64,000 nucleotides of DNA from an uncultured delta proteobacterium (GCA_963808625.1 CAWEHK010000021.1:96001-160000); one strand, 5' to 3'. Numbered from the stretch's first letter, positions 32,146-41,953 are shown. Notes: generated from the sequence alone by a model not told the origin. A program made the numbers and translations.

Positions 32146-32211
32146 ACTAAGAGCTGAAAGCTAATAGTTAAGAGCTAAGAGCCAAGAGCTAAGAGCCAAG
32201 AGCCAACAGCT
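32146..32211. repeat. 7-nt tandem repeats (CTAAGAG/CCAAGAG); other heptamer arrays at about 30172-30275 and 31901-31970
   Basis: Direct inspection of the trp intergenic spacers. Confidence 0.8.
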
Positions 32212-33691
32212 AATCCCCACTCGCGCGATGCACCAGTTCCAGCGCCCTCTGCATCGCCCTCGCTTTGCTCATCGTTTCCAAGCGTTCGCGCTCCGGGTCT
32301 GAATCCGCCACAATTCCCGCTCCCGCCCTTACCGTGAGCGTTCCATTCTGAATGGTGGCGGTGCGGATGGTAATGGCCAGGTCCATATTGCCGGTGAAAG
32401 AGATGTAGCCCAGAGCTCCTCCGTAAGGGCCTCGCGGTTCCTGCTCGAGTTCGGCGATGATCTCCATCGCCCGGATCTTCGGGGCCCCGCTGAGCGTCCC
32501 GGCGGGGAAAGTCGCCCGCAGCAGGTCGAAGGCGTCACATCCCGAGAGCAAGTCACAGGAAATGTTGGAAACCAGGTGCATCACATGCGAGTAGCGTTCC
32601 ACGATCATGAGGTCGGTCACCTGCACCGTTCCGATTTCCGCGACCCGGCCCAGGTCATTTCGCCCAAGATCGACCAGCATCAGGTGTTCGGCTCTTTCTT
32701 TGGGGTCTTGCAGGAGTTCATCGGCAAGCTGGCGGTCCTGTTGTTCGGTCTTTCCGCGCGGCTTGGTGCCGGCAATGGGACGCAGCGTGGCGACCCCGGA
32801 ATCAAGGCGCACCATCGTTTCCGGAGACGAACCGACAAGCACGGTGTTATCCAGGTGCATGAAGTAAAGGTAAGGGGAAGGATTGATGTAGCGCTGCACC
32901 CGGTAAAGCCACCAGGGGTCGGGCGGGGGCGAGCAGCCGAAGGGCTGGGAAAGCACGGCCTGAATGATATCCCCGGCGGTGATGTAGTCTTTGATCCGGG
33001 TGACCTGATCACGAAATGCTTCCGGAGCTACCCGGGGTTCAAGCCGGTAGGGTCCTTGCGGCAGCATCCGGGGTTCGGACAGGGGCTGCGCCAAAAGGTC
33101 CTGCATACCGCTGAGTGACCGCAGGGCCTCTTCGTAGGTATCCTCGGGTTCTTTGCCGTTCAGGAAGGCATACGCCACCAGCGTCAGGGTATGGCGGATG
33201 TTGTCGAAGATGAACAGGCGATCCGGGATGACGAAGTGAGCCAACGGCAGGTCATCGGGATAGCGGTTGGGAATGTCCTCAAAAAAGGACACGAACTCGT
33301 AGGCAAAGTAGCCGACCATTCCTCCCCAGAACCGGGGTAATCCCGGCAAAGAGACCGGCCGGTAGGCTGCCATAACGGACCTCAGGATCGGAAGCGGGTC
33401 GCCATGGTGAGGAATTTCCCGAAGCGGGCCGGCATTTTCCACTTCGACCTTGTCGCGATAGACCCGAATGCTGCTGTGCGCCGAGGCCCCGAGAAAGCTG
33501 TACCGTCCCCAGCGCTCGCCGCCTTCAACGCTTTCCAGGAGGAACACCGGCCCCTTGCCGGAATAGACCTTAGCCAGGGCAGACAGCGGTGTTTCCGTGT
33601 CTGCGAGGATGTCCATGCAGACCGGAATGACGTTGCCCCGGTCCGCCATGTTCATGAATTCTGCTTTCTCTGGGAACACTCTTAGTCGCAT
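32210..33691 (-). CDS. trpE: Anthranilate synthase component I
   Basis: LLESVEGGERWGRYS, NPSPY, RPIAGT, EHLMLVDLGRND, SGAPKIRAM. Confidence 0.96.
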   Translation of the reverse strand: MRLRVFPEKAEFMNMADRGNVIPVCMDILADTETPLSALAKVYSGKGPVFLLESVEGGERWGRYSFLGASAHSSIRVYRDKVEVENAGPLREIPHHGDPLPILRSVMAAYRPVSLPGLPRFWGGMVGYFAYEFVSFFEDIPNRYPDDLPLAHFVIPDRLFIFDNIRHTLTLVAYAFLNGKEPEDTYEEALRSLSGMQDLLAQPLSEPRMLPQGPYRLEPRVAPEAFRDQVTRIKDYITAGDIIQAVLSQPFGCSPPPDPWWLYRVQRYINPSPYLYFMHLDNTVLVGSSPETMVRLDSGVATLRPIAGTKPRGKTEQQDRQLADELLQDPKERAEHLMLVDLGRNDLGRVAEIGTVQVTDLMIVERYSHVMHLVSNISCDLLSGCDAFDLLRATFPAGTLSGAPKIRAMEIIAELEQEPRGPYGGALGYISFTGNMDLAITIRTATIQNGTLTVRAGAGIVADSDPERERLETMSKARAMQRALELVHRASGD

Positions 33692-33709
33692 GATCCTCAC
33701 CACTTCGTT

Positions 33710-34717
33710 TTAGGAATTAATCGTCGCGAAAATCGGCGCAATTTGCCGGCAAAGGTCCTCGAACTGATCCGGATAGAGGGACTGAGCGCCGTCGCTCAGC
33801 GCCTTCTCCGGCGCGTGATGGACCTCCACCATCAGGCCATGGGCCCCGACCGCAACCGCCGCCCTGCTGAGGGGAATGACCTGGCCGCGCCGCCCGGCGG
33901 CATGACTCGGATCAACGATGATCGGCAGATGACTCTCTTTCTGAACCACCGGAATCGAGGAGAGGTCCAGGGTGTTGCGGCTGTGATGAGCGAACGTCCT
34001 GACGCCTCGCTCACAGAGGATCACCTGGGCGTTCCCGCCCTCCATGATGTATTCGGCTGCCATGAGCCATTCCTCGATGGTGGCGGACATTCCCCGTTTG
34101 AGCATAATCGGCTTGGCTGCCCGCCCGGCGCGCCTGAGCAGACTAAAATTCTGCATGTTGCGCGTCCCGATCTGAATCACGTCGGCATATTCCTCCACCA
34201 GGTCGAACACTTCGTGGTCCATGGCTTCGGTGACGACGGGCATACCGGTTTCCTCACGCACCCGGGCAAGAATCTGCAACCCTTCCTCGCCAAGGCCCTG
34301 GAAGGCATAGGGAGAGGTCCTGGGTTTGAAGGCGCCTCCCCTGAAGAGGTGCGCTCCGGCAGCCTTGACATGGCGCGCGATGGTCAGCGCCTGCGCTTCA
34401 TCCTCGATCGCACAGGGCCCGGCAATGATGGTGAGATGGCCATTCCCGATCGCCACGGCCCCCACCTGAATCACCGTGTCGTCGGGCTGGGATTCACGGC
34501 TGACCAGTTTGTAGGGATGAGTGACCGGAATGGCCTCCTTGACTCCGGGCATGCTCAAGAACAGATTGGGCTCAACGGGTCCCTGGTTATGCAGGACGCA
34601 GATCGCGACCCGGTGACCTCCCGGAATGGGGCGGGCCATGAACCCTTTGCTTTCAATGGCGGCAACCACCGCGTCAATTTCCGCCGGCGTCGCCTTGTGA
34701 TCCATTACTACCAGCAT
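33710..34717 (-). CDS. aroF: DAHP synthase, class I-beta with N-terminal regulatory domain
   Basis: IAGPC, GGAFKPRTSPY, LKRG, CERG, DPSH, SDG. Confidence 0.94.
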   Translation of the reverse strand: MLVVMDHKATPAEIDAVVAAIESKGFMARPIPGGHRVAICVLHNQGPVEPNLFLSMPGVKEAIPVTHPYKLVSRESQPDDTVIQVGAVAIGNGHLTIIAGPCAIEDEAQALTIARHVKAAGAHLFRGGAFKPRTSPYAFQGLGEEGLQILARVREETGMPVVTEAMDHEVFDLVEEYADVIQIGTRNMQNFSLLRRAGRAAKPIMLKRGMSATIEEWLMAAEYIMEGGNAQVILCERGVRTFAHHSRNTLDLSSIPVVQKESHLPIIVDPSHAAGRRGQVIPLSRAAVAVGAHGLMVEVHHAPEKALSDGAQSLYPDQFEDLCRQIAPIFATINS

Positions 34718-34837
34718 GGTCTTTTCTCCTTTTGCTATCGCTACGAATGCTTGGTGTTATTTGCCAACTCTAAAAAGAGGAATGGCGTTGCCCTTTCATT
34801 TCTTTTCCGTGATCGCGCCCTTTGGAACCGAACGCAC

Positions 34838-34876
34838 AAAAAAAAGGGGATTGCAGGAAGTTCCCACAGTCCCCTT
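34838..34876 (-). terminator. Second terminator-like hairpin in the trp leader
   Basis: AAGGGGACTGTGGGAA-C-TTCCTGCAATCCCC followed by U8. Confidence 0.7.
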
Positions 34877-34881
34877 GGCAT

Positions 34882-34916
34882 AAAAAAAGGACCGTGAGCC
34901 GGTGGCCCACGGTCCC
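34882..34916 (-). terminator. trp attenuator terminator (3:4)
   Basis: GGACCGTGGGCC-ACC-GGCTCACGGTCC followed by U7. Confidence 0.88.
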
Positions 34917-34953
34917 TGATTATCGATTCTGCCGATGGTTCAATCAGGCAAGA

Positions 34954-35031
34954 CTACGTTGGCACACCTCCCCTGCCAGTTTTCCACCACCAGCACCAAA
35001 AACCCAAATTTTGTATTGTACAGCAACTCAT
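34954..35031 (-). CDS. trpL: trp operon leader peptide MSCCTIQNLGFWCWWWKTGRGGVPT
   Basis: 25 codons with 4 Trp (WCWWW), immediately before the antiterminator/terminator. Confidence 0.88.
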   Translation of the reverse strand: MSCCTIQNLGFWCWWWKTGRGGVPT

Positions 35032-35063
35032 TGAAACGATCCCATTTGTAAGAGTTCACCGAA

Positions 35064-35092
35064 TTCATACCCAGGCGCTGCCGCATTGTCAA
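35064..35092 (-). promoter_or_regulatory. Putative sigma70 promoter of the trp leader
   Basis: TTGACA-17 nt-TATGAA. Confidence 0.6.
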
Positions 35093-35121
35093 GCGTTAAT
35101 TTCGACAGAGCTGGTGTCGAG

Positions 35122-35257
35122 CTAGTTTCCATCCGGAAACGCGTGTGACTGTAGGGGAGGGGTTTATCCCCTCCCGAAAATCCCCTGCTTCTCGCCAACT
35201 TGTGGGCGGGAATAAATCCCGCCCCTACGAATTATGGGGTTTCCTGATGGACACGAG
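35122..35257. mobile_element. MITE-like element: TIRs (CATCCGGAAAC / GTTTCC.GATGGACAC) enclosing a GTAG-REP pair
   Basis: Same architecture and shared right end as 41762..41867. Confidence 0.65.
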
Positions 35258-35442
35258 CTAATTTCGGGTCTGTTTTCTGATGGCCCGATTAGGCTCGTCT
35301 TTACATCAACCGAGAAGGGAGTGATAAGTTGCAAAAATGTTTCGGGATTTGTGGTAAGATTCTAATGAGCGACAATTTCCGCGGTCTTCCTCTTCGCGGA
35401 AGACCGATGGCAACGGCCCAAGAGGTAGCTTCTCAATAACTT

Positions 35443-35620
35443 CAGGTCCACAAGGAACCATGGAAATGGAAGTCCCAGAAGGAACCAAGGAAGTCCCAGA
35501 TTATCCTTCCCACAGGTGCACAAGGGACAGCGGAAATCCCAGGTCGTCCTTCCCACAGGTGCAGGAGGAACAGTGGAAGTCGCACTCGGACCCAAGGAAG
35601 TTCCAGATCGTCATTCCCGC
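35443..35620. repeat. Degenerate tandem array of 43-nt and 21-nt units
   Basis: Units begin GGAA(G/A)T at 35468, 35489, 35532, 35575 and 35596; the two 43-mers differ at 8 positions. Confidence 0.75.
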
Positions 35621-35739
35621 ATGCTTCTAGCGGGAATCCAGAGGTTTCAGATGAGTGCGTGCACCCACATTTATTGAGAAGTTACCTCAAGCGTTCGTAA
35701 GCGAAACCTCGAGTTGCAGACAATACGGAGAGTGCGGTC

Positions 35740-36558
35740 ATGAGAAAGTTCATCGCGGTCTATGTTGATCTCGAAAATGTCGCCGGGATCGTAAATTTGG
35801 ATAAGTTGCTTCAAGACATTATCCTGGAAGAGGATAAAGAGGCCCCGGAAGAGTACGTTTTCGCCGTCAAGTTTGCCTGTGGAAACACCAATTCCATCGC
35901 CAAATTGCGCGAGCAATTGATCAACCATAATTTCGATATTCGAGAAGCTCCTCATATTTCCGGCAAGAAAAACCGGGCAGACCTGATTATCAGCCTTGAT
36001 GCGTTTGAAAAACTGTATCTGGACAAGCCGTCTATCGACCGCTTTGTTTTTGTCACCAGAGATTCCGATTTCTCTGTCATCATGGACATCTTGAGGAAAT
36101 ATGGCAAAGAAGTCTGGTTGATTACCCAGGCAGGCGATGCCCAACGGCCAATTTTTACCAGTTGCACCGACAACATTCTTCTTCTGCAACCCCAAAAGCC
36201 GGTCCCCAAAAAGGAAAAGAAGGATGCAAAAGTGGCTGCGGCAGGCCATGGGACGGGAGAAAAGAAACCTGAAAAGGAAGAGGAAGCTGAGAAACCAAAG
36301 GATAAGAAGGCTGAAGAGTTGTTCAAAAGGGTCCTCATCAGCCTCGATCCAAGCGAGGAGCACCTGCTGACCGCTATTGCCAACAAGATGAGGCAACTGG
36401 ATAAATCCTTCAAGATCAAGAACACGAGCTATAAGAAAATGACCACTCTGGCAAAGGAATTTGAAAAGAAAGGAGGGTTTCGAACCATCAAAAACAAAGA
36501 GGGTCACCTGATGATCATTGATTTAGACGTCTCACGAGGCGAAATTTCCGCCCCGTGA
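35740..36558 (+). CDS. NYN (LabA/DUF88, PIN-like) domain protein with C-terminal OST-HTH/LOTUS-like domain
   Basis: AVYVDLEN, KNRADLIISLDA, FVTRDSDF, GKEV, CTD; C-terminal DKSFKIKNTSYKKMTTL. Confidence 0.85.
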   Translation: MRKFIAVYVDLENVAGIVNLDKLLQDIILEEDKEAPEEYVFAVKFACGNTNSIAKLREQLINHNFDIREAPHISGKKNRADLIISLDAFEKLYLDKPSIDRFVFVTRDSDFSVIMDILRKYGKEVWLITQAGDAQRPIFTSCTDNILLLQPQKPVPKKEKKDAKVAAAGHGTGEKKPEKEEEAEKPKDKKAEELFKRVLISLDPSEEHLLTAIANKMRQLDKSFKIKNTSYKKMTTLAKEFEKKGGFRTIKNKEGHLMIIDLDVSRGEISAP

Positions 36559-36579
36559 CCAAAAAGCAGCTTCCTCCTT

Positions 36580-37447
36580 TTAAATCAGCACGATCCTCCG
36601 CATCACCTCGCGGAAGAACTCGTTCGACCAGACCGCAAGGGCATCGGGGTCTTTTACAAAAGGTTCCACCTCTCTTCTGGCTTGCTCCAGGTTTACCTTC
36701 TCAGCCGCCTTCTCTGCGAGGGCGAAGAAACCTTCCCTGGTCAATTGTTCACCTTTCCTTGAGGTGTCCGCTCTGGATCATCCTCTGCTCCAGGTGGCCG
36801 AGGTGAAGCTGCGGATGGTATGCCGCATACCAGACCAGGTCGTACCAGTCACGTCCCTTGACCCGGGTCTTCCAGCGCCGGCAAAGCACCGCGTGCATCT
36901 TGCCGGCAAAAAGGTCCGGGAGGGCAAAGGTTTTCACTGAAAACGGGATCGGCTGCAGAAGGAACTTGTTTTCGGTATCGAATCCCGGTGGTGGGTCCGT
37001 ATCGACCTCGATCTTGATCTTCATGACCTGGCCACGGGGTAACTGCCTGGCGACCTTATCGGCTCTCTCTATGGTCAGCAAATGCTTCAAAGTGTCGGCC
37101 TTGAGAAACGCCGATTGGATTGGGCTTTCCGCAGTCTTTTCTCTCCTCGTCACACTGACCTCGAACCCGAACGAACGGATCTCACGTTCCAAGGCGCCGA
37201 TATACCGGGAAAGATTGAAATCGGACATAGGCTCGATCAGGGAAAAATCGAGGTCCTCCGAAAAACGGTCCATTCCGTACAGGATCCTCAGTGCGGAACC
37301 CCCGTAAAACGCAGCCTTCTCGAAGAACTTACTTCGCCAGAGGCCAAGCAAAGCAACCTCCTGCAGGATCTCGCGAAGGGCGTTCACGTAGTCTTCGACG
37401 CTTCGACACTGATAGCGGTCAAGCATGCGAACAATGGCATCATTCAT
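36580..37447 (-). CDS. abiEii: AbiEii/AbiGii-family nucleotidyltransferase toxin (type IV TA), frameshift near 36752
   Basis: FYGGSALRILYGMDRFSEDLDF, KIKIEVD, KMHA, KGRDWYD. Confidence 0.9.
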
Positions 37448-38096
37448 GACCGGTCCCCCGCTTGCCAAGCCGACGAACCAAGCCGCACAGCAACCGGAGC
37501 TTCCGGGACCGGTATCGTTCAGCAATGTGAGCGAGGATATTGGCGTCCAGCCTTTCCAGGCCACCCGGATCAATCCGCAAAAGGGTCAACAGGTATTCCT
37601 TCATTTCGGCCTGACTGCGAATGCCCGCACCTCGCTCATCTTGGATCTTGTCAGCCAAAGCCTTTTCAGGAATGGCGATGAGGAAGGAGCGACCTCCCTC
37701 GAGTTCCACTTGATCGATGCCGATCTGATAGGCTCTCATGGGAATCCTGCGGTAGATGAACAGGCCGACAGGAGTTGAAAAACGCCTGCTGCGGCAGCAA
37801 GTAACGGATGTCAAGGCCTCAACGCGCTCCGGGATCAGCCCATGATAGTGCAGAGCAAAATCGAGGGACAGATAGGAAGGTCCGAAGATCATGTTAGCCA
37901 GGACCTCCCTTGAAAAAGGCCGCCGCGAGTATCTCTCACCAAAGACATAGATCCCCTTCTTGACCCTGATGATAGCCTCTTTTCGAAGCAGGTCCGTGAT
38001 CTTATCGCGCGGGCGTGCATATTCCCTGAGACCATCCAAAAGGGCCTGGTAATCGAATTCCTCCCCCGCTATCCTCGCTCTCAGTTCTTCAATCAT
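37440..38096 (-). CDS. abiEi: AbiEi-like antitoxin / transcriptional regulator
   Basis: IIRVKKGIY, PSYLSLDFALHYHGLIPE, TSVT, IAIPEKALAD; overlaps the toxin start. Confidence 0.85.
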   Translation of the reverse strand: MIEELRARIAGEEFDYQALLDGLREYARPRDKITDLLRKEAIIRVKKGIYVFGERYSRRPFSREVLANMIFGPSYLSLDFALHYHGLIPERVEALTSVTCCRSRRFSTPVGLFIYRRIPMRAYQIGIDQVELEGGRSFLIAIPEKALADKIQDERGAGIRSQAEMKEYLLTLLRIDPGGLERLDANILAHIAERYRSRKLRLLCGLVRRLGKRGTGHE

Positions 38097-38152
38097 CTCT
38101 TTTCCTGCAGTGTCGTGGATCATTCTCGTTGACGAAATATGGCATATTTTTC

Positions 38153-38185
38153 CATAGTATGTCGACATTTTTTCGACATACTATG
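38153..38185. promoter_or_regulatory. Perfect 13-bp inverted repeat, putative AbiEi operator
   Basis: CATAGTATGTCGA-7 nt-TCGACATACTATG about 57 nt upstream of abiEi. Confidence 0.7.
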
Positions 38186-38476
38186 CACATAAGTGAGAGC
38201 CCACAGGTGATGTGAAATTTCTCATGGTCTTTGCGCCAACCAATAGGATACGAAATCCAAACCGGACCCCCCGCGCCCTTTGGGAATCCAAACCGAGACG
38301 GATAACGTCTTCTGAGAGGCAACGCCGGTCGTGACTGATTGACAAATTTGCCGTTTTGTTTAAAAAGAGGGCGTCCTGCTTGATTGTCTCATTGAATCCC
38401 CTGGCACGCGTGGAGATATCGATGCTCGCACTGGATTAAGCGAGCTTTGCGTGCCCTGAAGTATAAGGAGCCTGGA

Positions 38477-39654
38477 ATGAGCAGAGTGTTGATTATCGGC
38501 GCGGGTGGCGTTGGCGGTGTGGTCGTCCATAAGTGCGCCCAGTTCCCGGAAGTGTTTTCGGAGATTATTCTGGCGAGCCGCACCCTCGAGAAATGCGAAA
38601 AGATCAAGAGCCAACTTACACGGCCCATCCAAACCGCTCAGGTCGACGCCGACAACCCGCGGGAGCTGGTTTCCCTGATGGAAAAGGTTTCGCCGGACCT
38701 GGTCATCAATGTGGCCCTGCCATACCAGGACCTCACCATCATGGACGCCTGTCTCGAGACCGGGATTCCGTATCTTGACACCGCCTGCTACGAGCCGCCA
38801 AACGAGGCCAAGTATTCGCATACCTGGCAGTGGGCCTATCATGACCGGTTTCAAGATAAAGGTCTGATGGCCGTGCTGGGTTGCGGGTTCGACCCGGGTC
38901 AGACCAACATCTATATCGCCCATGCCCTGAAGAATTATTTCGATGAGATTCATTTTGTGGACATTGTGGACTGCAACGCGGGACAGCATGGCTTCGCTTT
39001 TGCCACCAACTTCAATCCTGAAATCAATATCCGGGAAGTTACCGCGCCCGGCAAGTACTATGAAAACGGGCAGTGGCTTGAAACCGATCCTCTCTCGGTC
39101 CACAAATCCTTTGATTTTCCGGAGGTCGGTCCGAAGGAAGTGTACTTGATGTACCATGAAGAACTGGAATCTCTGGTAAAGCACATTCCCGGCATCAAAC
39201 GCATCCGCTTCTGGATGACCTTTTCTCAGGAATACCTGACCCATTTGCGGGTGCTCCAGAACGTCGGCATGACGCGCATTGATCCGGTCACTTTTCAAGG
39301 CGTCGAGATCGTGCCGCTCCAATTCTTGAAAGCTCTGCTGCCGGAACCCTCGTCCCTGGGGGCAACCTACGAGGGCAAGACCTGCATCGGCTGCCTGATC
39401 GAAGGCGTCAAGGACGGCAAGCCCAGAAAGTACTTCGTCTACAACATCTGCGATCACCGCGCCTGCTACGAGGAAGTCAAAGCCAATGCCGTGTCTTACA
39501 CCGCCGGGGTCCCCCCGTATTGGGCGCGGCCCTGATGCTGAACGGCGCCTGGTCCGGCGCCGGGGTCTTCAATGTGGAACAACTTGATCCCACCCCCTTC
39601 ATGGCAGAAATCGGCAGATACGGATTGCCGTGGACCGAGGTGTTCCTGGAATGA
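38477..39654 (+). CDS. Carboxynorspermidine synthase (saccharopine dehydrogenase family), frameshift near 39515
   Basis: IIGAGGVG, NVALPYQD, GCGFDPG, FATNFNPEINIRE, MYHEELES; ATGA overlap with nspC. Confidence 0.9.
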
Positions 39655-40792
39655 AGATATTCGACCTGACCAACCTTCCCACTCCCTGTTACGTGCTTGA
39701 TGAACCCTCGCTGGAACAGAATCTGAGCGTGCTGCGATTCCGTGCAGGAGCGGACGGGCTGCAAGATCATCATGGCGCTGAAGGGCTTTGCCATGTTCAG
39801 CGTATTTCCTCTCATTCGGGAACACCTATACGGAATCGCCGCCAGTTCCCTCCACGAAGCGCGCCTTGGCTATGAGGAATTTGGCCGGGAAGTGCACGTC
39901 TTTGCGCCGGCGTATAAGGAAGCCGAGTTCGAGGAGCTTCTCCGCTACAGCAACCACATCATTTTCAATTCATTTTCCCAATGGAACCGTTTTAAACGCC
40001 AATTGGCCGGGCTGAAAAGCCGCGTGTCCTGCGGGATTCGCGTTAATCCCGAACACTCCGAAGTAAAGGTTGCCCTGTACGACCCATGCGCCCCTTTTTC
40101 GAGGCTTGGCGTCACTCTCGAAAATTTTCAGGAAGACCACCTTGACGGGATCACCGGTTTGCATTTCCATACGCTCTGCGAACTGAATGCCGATTCCCTG
40201 GCGCGGACGCTCCAGGTATTCGAGAAAAAATTCGGCGCGTTCATCGAACGGATGCAATGGGTAAATTTCGGTGGCGGGCACCACATTACCCGCGCGGATT
40301 ACGATGTGGACCTGCTTTGTGAGCTCATTACCGATTTCAAGAAGCGCTACCCGGTGGAGGTCTATCTCGAACCGGGTGAGGCCGTGGTGCTCAATGCCGG
40401 GGTCCTCGTGGCCTCGGTCCTGGATATTATTCACAACCGGATGGACATTGCCATCCTGGACGCTTCCGCGGCGGCCCATACGCCCGACGTCCTGGAAATG
40501 CCGTACCAACCGGAAATCGAGGGCGCCGGAAAAAGCGGTGAATATCCCCATACCTATCGGCTTGGCGGTCCGACCTGCCTGGCCGGCGATGTTTTCGGTG
40601 ACTATTCCTTCCCGGAACCGCTCCGCATCGGTTCGAAGGCTGGTTTTCACCGATATGGCCCATTACACGATGGTCAAGAACAACACCTTCAATGGCGTGG
40701 GGCTGCCATCCATTGCCATCCGGGATGCCCAAAAGCAGATCCGTATCGTGCGGCAATTTGGCTATGAAGACTATCGCAACCGACTCTCCTAG
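39651..40792 (+). CDS. nspC: Carboxynorspermidine decarboxylase, two frameshifts
   Basis: PTPCYV, ALKGF, YDPCAPFSRLG, LHFHTLCE, GGGHHITR, CLAGD, HYTMVKNNTFNG. Confidence 0.93.
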
Positions 40793-40845
40793 CTGACGAC
40801 CACCTTTCTGGCCGGCAGGAAGAGCTGAACAGGGAGGAACAAGCG

Positions 40846-41214
40846 ATGCCCATATACGAATACCGATGTCGCCAGTGCGGCAAGAAGAGTGAATTCATCA
40901 CGTTTCGGATTTCTGAAACGGTTACCCCGAACTGCCGCCATTGCGGCGGCGAGCAGATGGATCGCATCCCTTCGCGGGTGCGCGTGCGGCTCTCCGAAGA
41001 AACGCGCATGGAGCGCCTCGCCGACCCGTCGCGCCTGGGCGGGCTGGATGAGAACGATCCCAAGAGCATGGTGCGGTGGATGAAAAAAATGGGCCAGGAG
41101 ATGGGCGAAGATTTCGAGGGCGAGGACATGGACGCCATGATCGAGGAAGCCATGGAAGAAGAGGCCCAGGGCAAATCCGGGGAGAGCGCGAGTCTTCCGG
41201 ATGACAGTCTGTAG
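40846..41214 (+). CDS. FmdB-family zinc-ribbon protein
   Basis: MPIYEYRCRQCG...PNCRHCG; RBS GGAGG. Confidence 0.88.
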   Translation: MPIYEYRCRQCGKKSEFITFRISETVTPNCRHCGGEQMDRIPSRVRVRLSEETRMERLADPSRLGGLDENDPKSMVRWMKKMGQEMGEDFEGEDMDAMIEEAMEEEAQGKSGESASLPDDSL

Positions 41215-41527
41215 CCAGGCGTTGCGCCATCTTTTTAAAAGCGTCCACGAAGTCACACGAAGAGACGACGAAGCCACACCAAGAAAGCATAAAGCAAGGA
41301 CCTATGGGCAGGAAGGGACACGGTACGCCTAACGCTGCCGACGACCTTGAAGACAATCCATCTTGACTGCTGCTTTCGGTGCAACATACTAAAATCAATA
41401 ATCGCCCAAGGGAAAATACCGTGACAATTGGCTGGAGCATGTCAGGCTACGGCGGTGTCACGGCGCAACATAATGACAAAATCCCTGGCGGCCATCCGCA
41501 ATTTGTATCCGGAAGTGGGGTAAACCA

Positions 41528-41692
41528 ATGGTTGTAATGCAAGCGGTATTGAGCCACCTTCGTCAGCGTCTCGCAGAACTTTATGGCCCGCGGCTCAACC
41601 GATTGCTTCTGTTCGGCTCCCGCGCGCGCGGTGATGCTGAGGAGGGGGCGGACCTGGATATCCTGGATGCAGTACTTCGTTCAGCATGGTAG
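41528..41692 (+). pseudogene. Truncated MNT (minimal nucleotidyltransferase) antitoxin-like gene
   Basis: Manual translation ...LYGPRLNRLLLFGSRARGDAEEGADLDIL, then a premature stop at codon 55. Confidence 0.7.
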
Positions 41693-41761
41693 CAGAGGTA
41701 GAGGTCCCGAATGTGCCAGATGTTTCTGGCTGAAAAACCTTCTATTCCCGGACATTCCTAG

Positions 41762-41867
41762 CTGGTTCTCATCCGGAAAGTGGCGCCTTGTTCTGTAGGA
41801 GGGGCTTCCAGCCCCGATCGCGGCTGGAAGCCCCTCCTACAAAATGGGGTTTCCGGATGGACACTAG
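41762..41867. mobile_element. MITE-like element, second copy of the 35122 family
   Basis: CATCCGGAAA...GTAGGAGGGGCTTCCAGCC/GGCTGGAAGCCCCTCCTAC...GTTTCCGGATGGACACTAG. Confidence 0.65.
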
Positions 41868-41953
41868 CTGTGCTTTGTATTTCATTTTATTCAACAGGTT
41901 TTATGAGACTCTCAGACAGGCCGTGCCGGAATACTTCGAAGCGTTCACTAGCC

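Noticed and set aside
32146..32211. TRAP-binding (G/U)AG repeats in the trp operon
   Set aside because: The period is 7 nt rather than 5, and similar heptamer arrays occur at non-trp loci.
35443..35620. CRISPR array
   Set aside because: The units are contiguous and degenerate with no unique spacers, and no cas genes are present.
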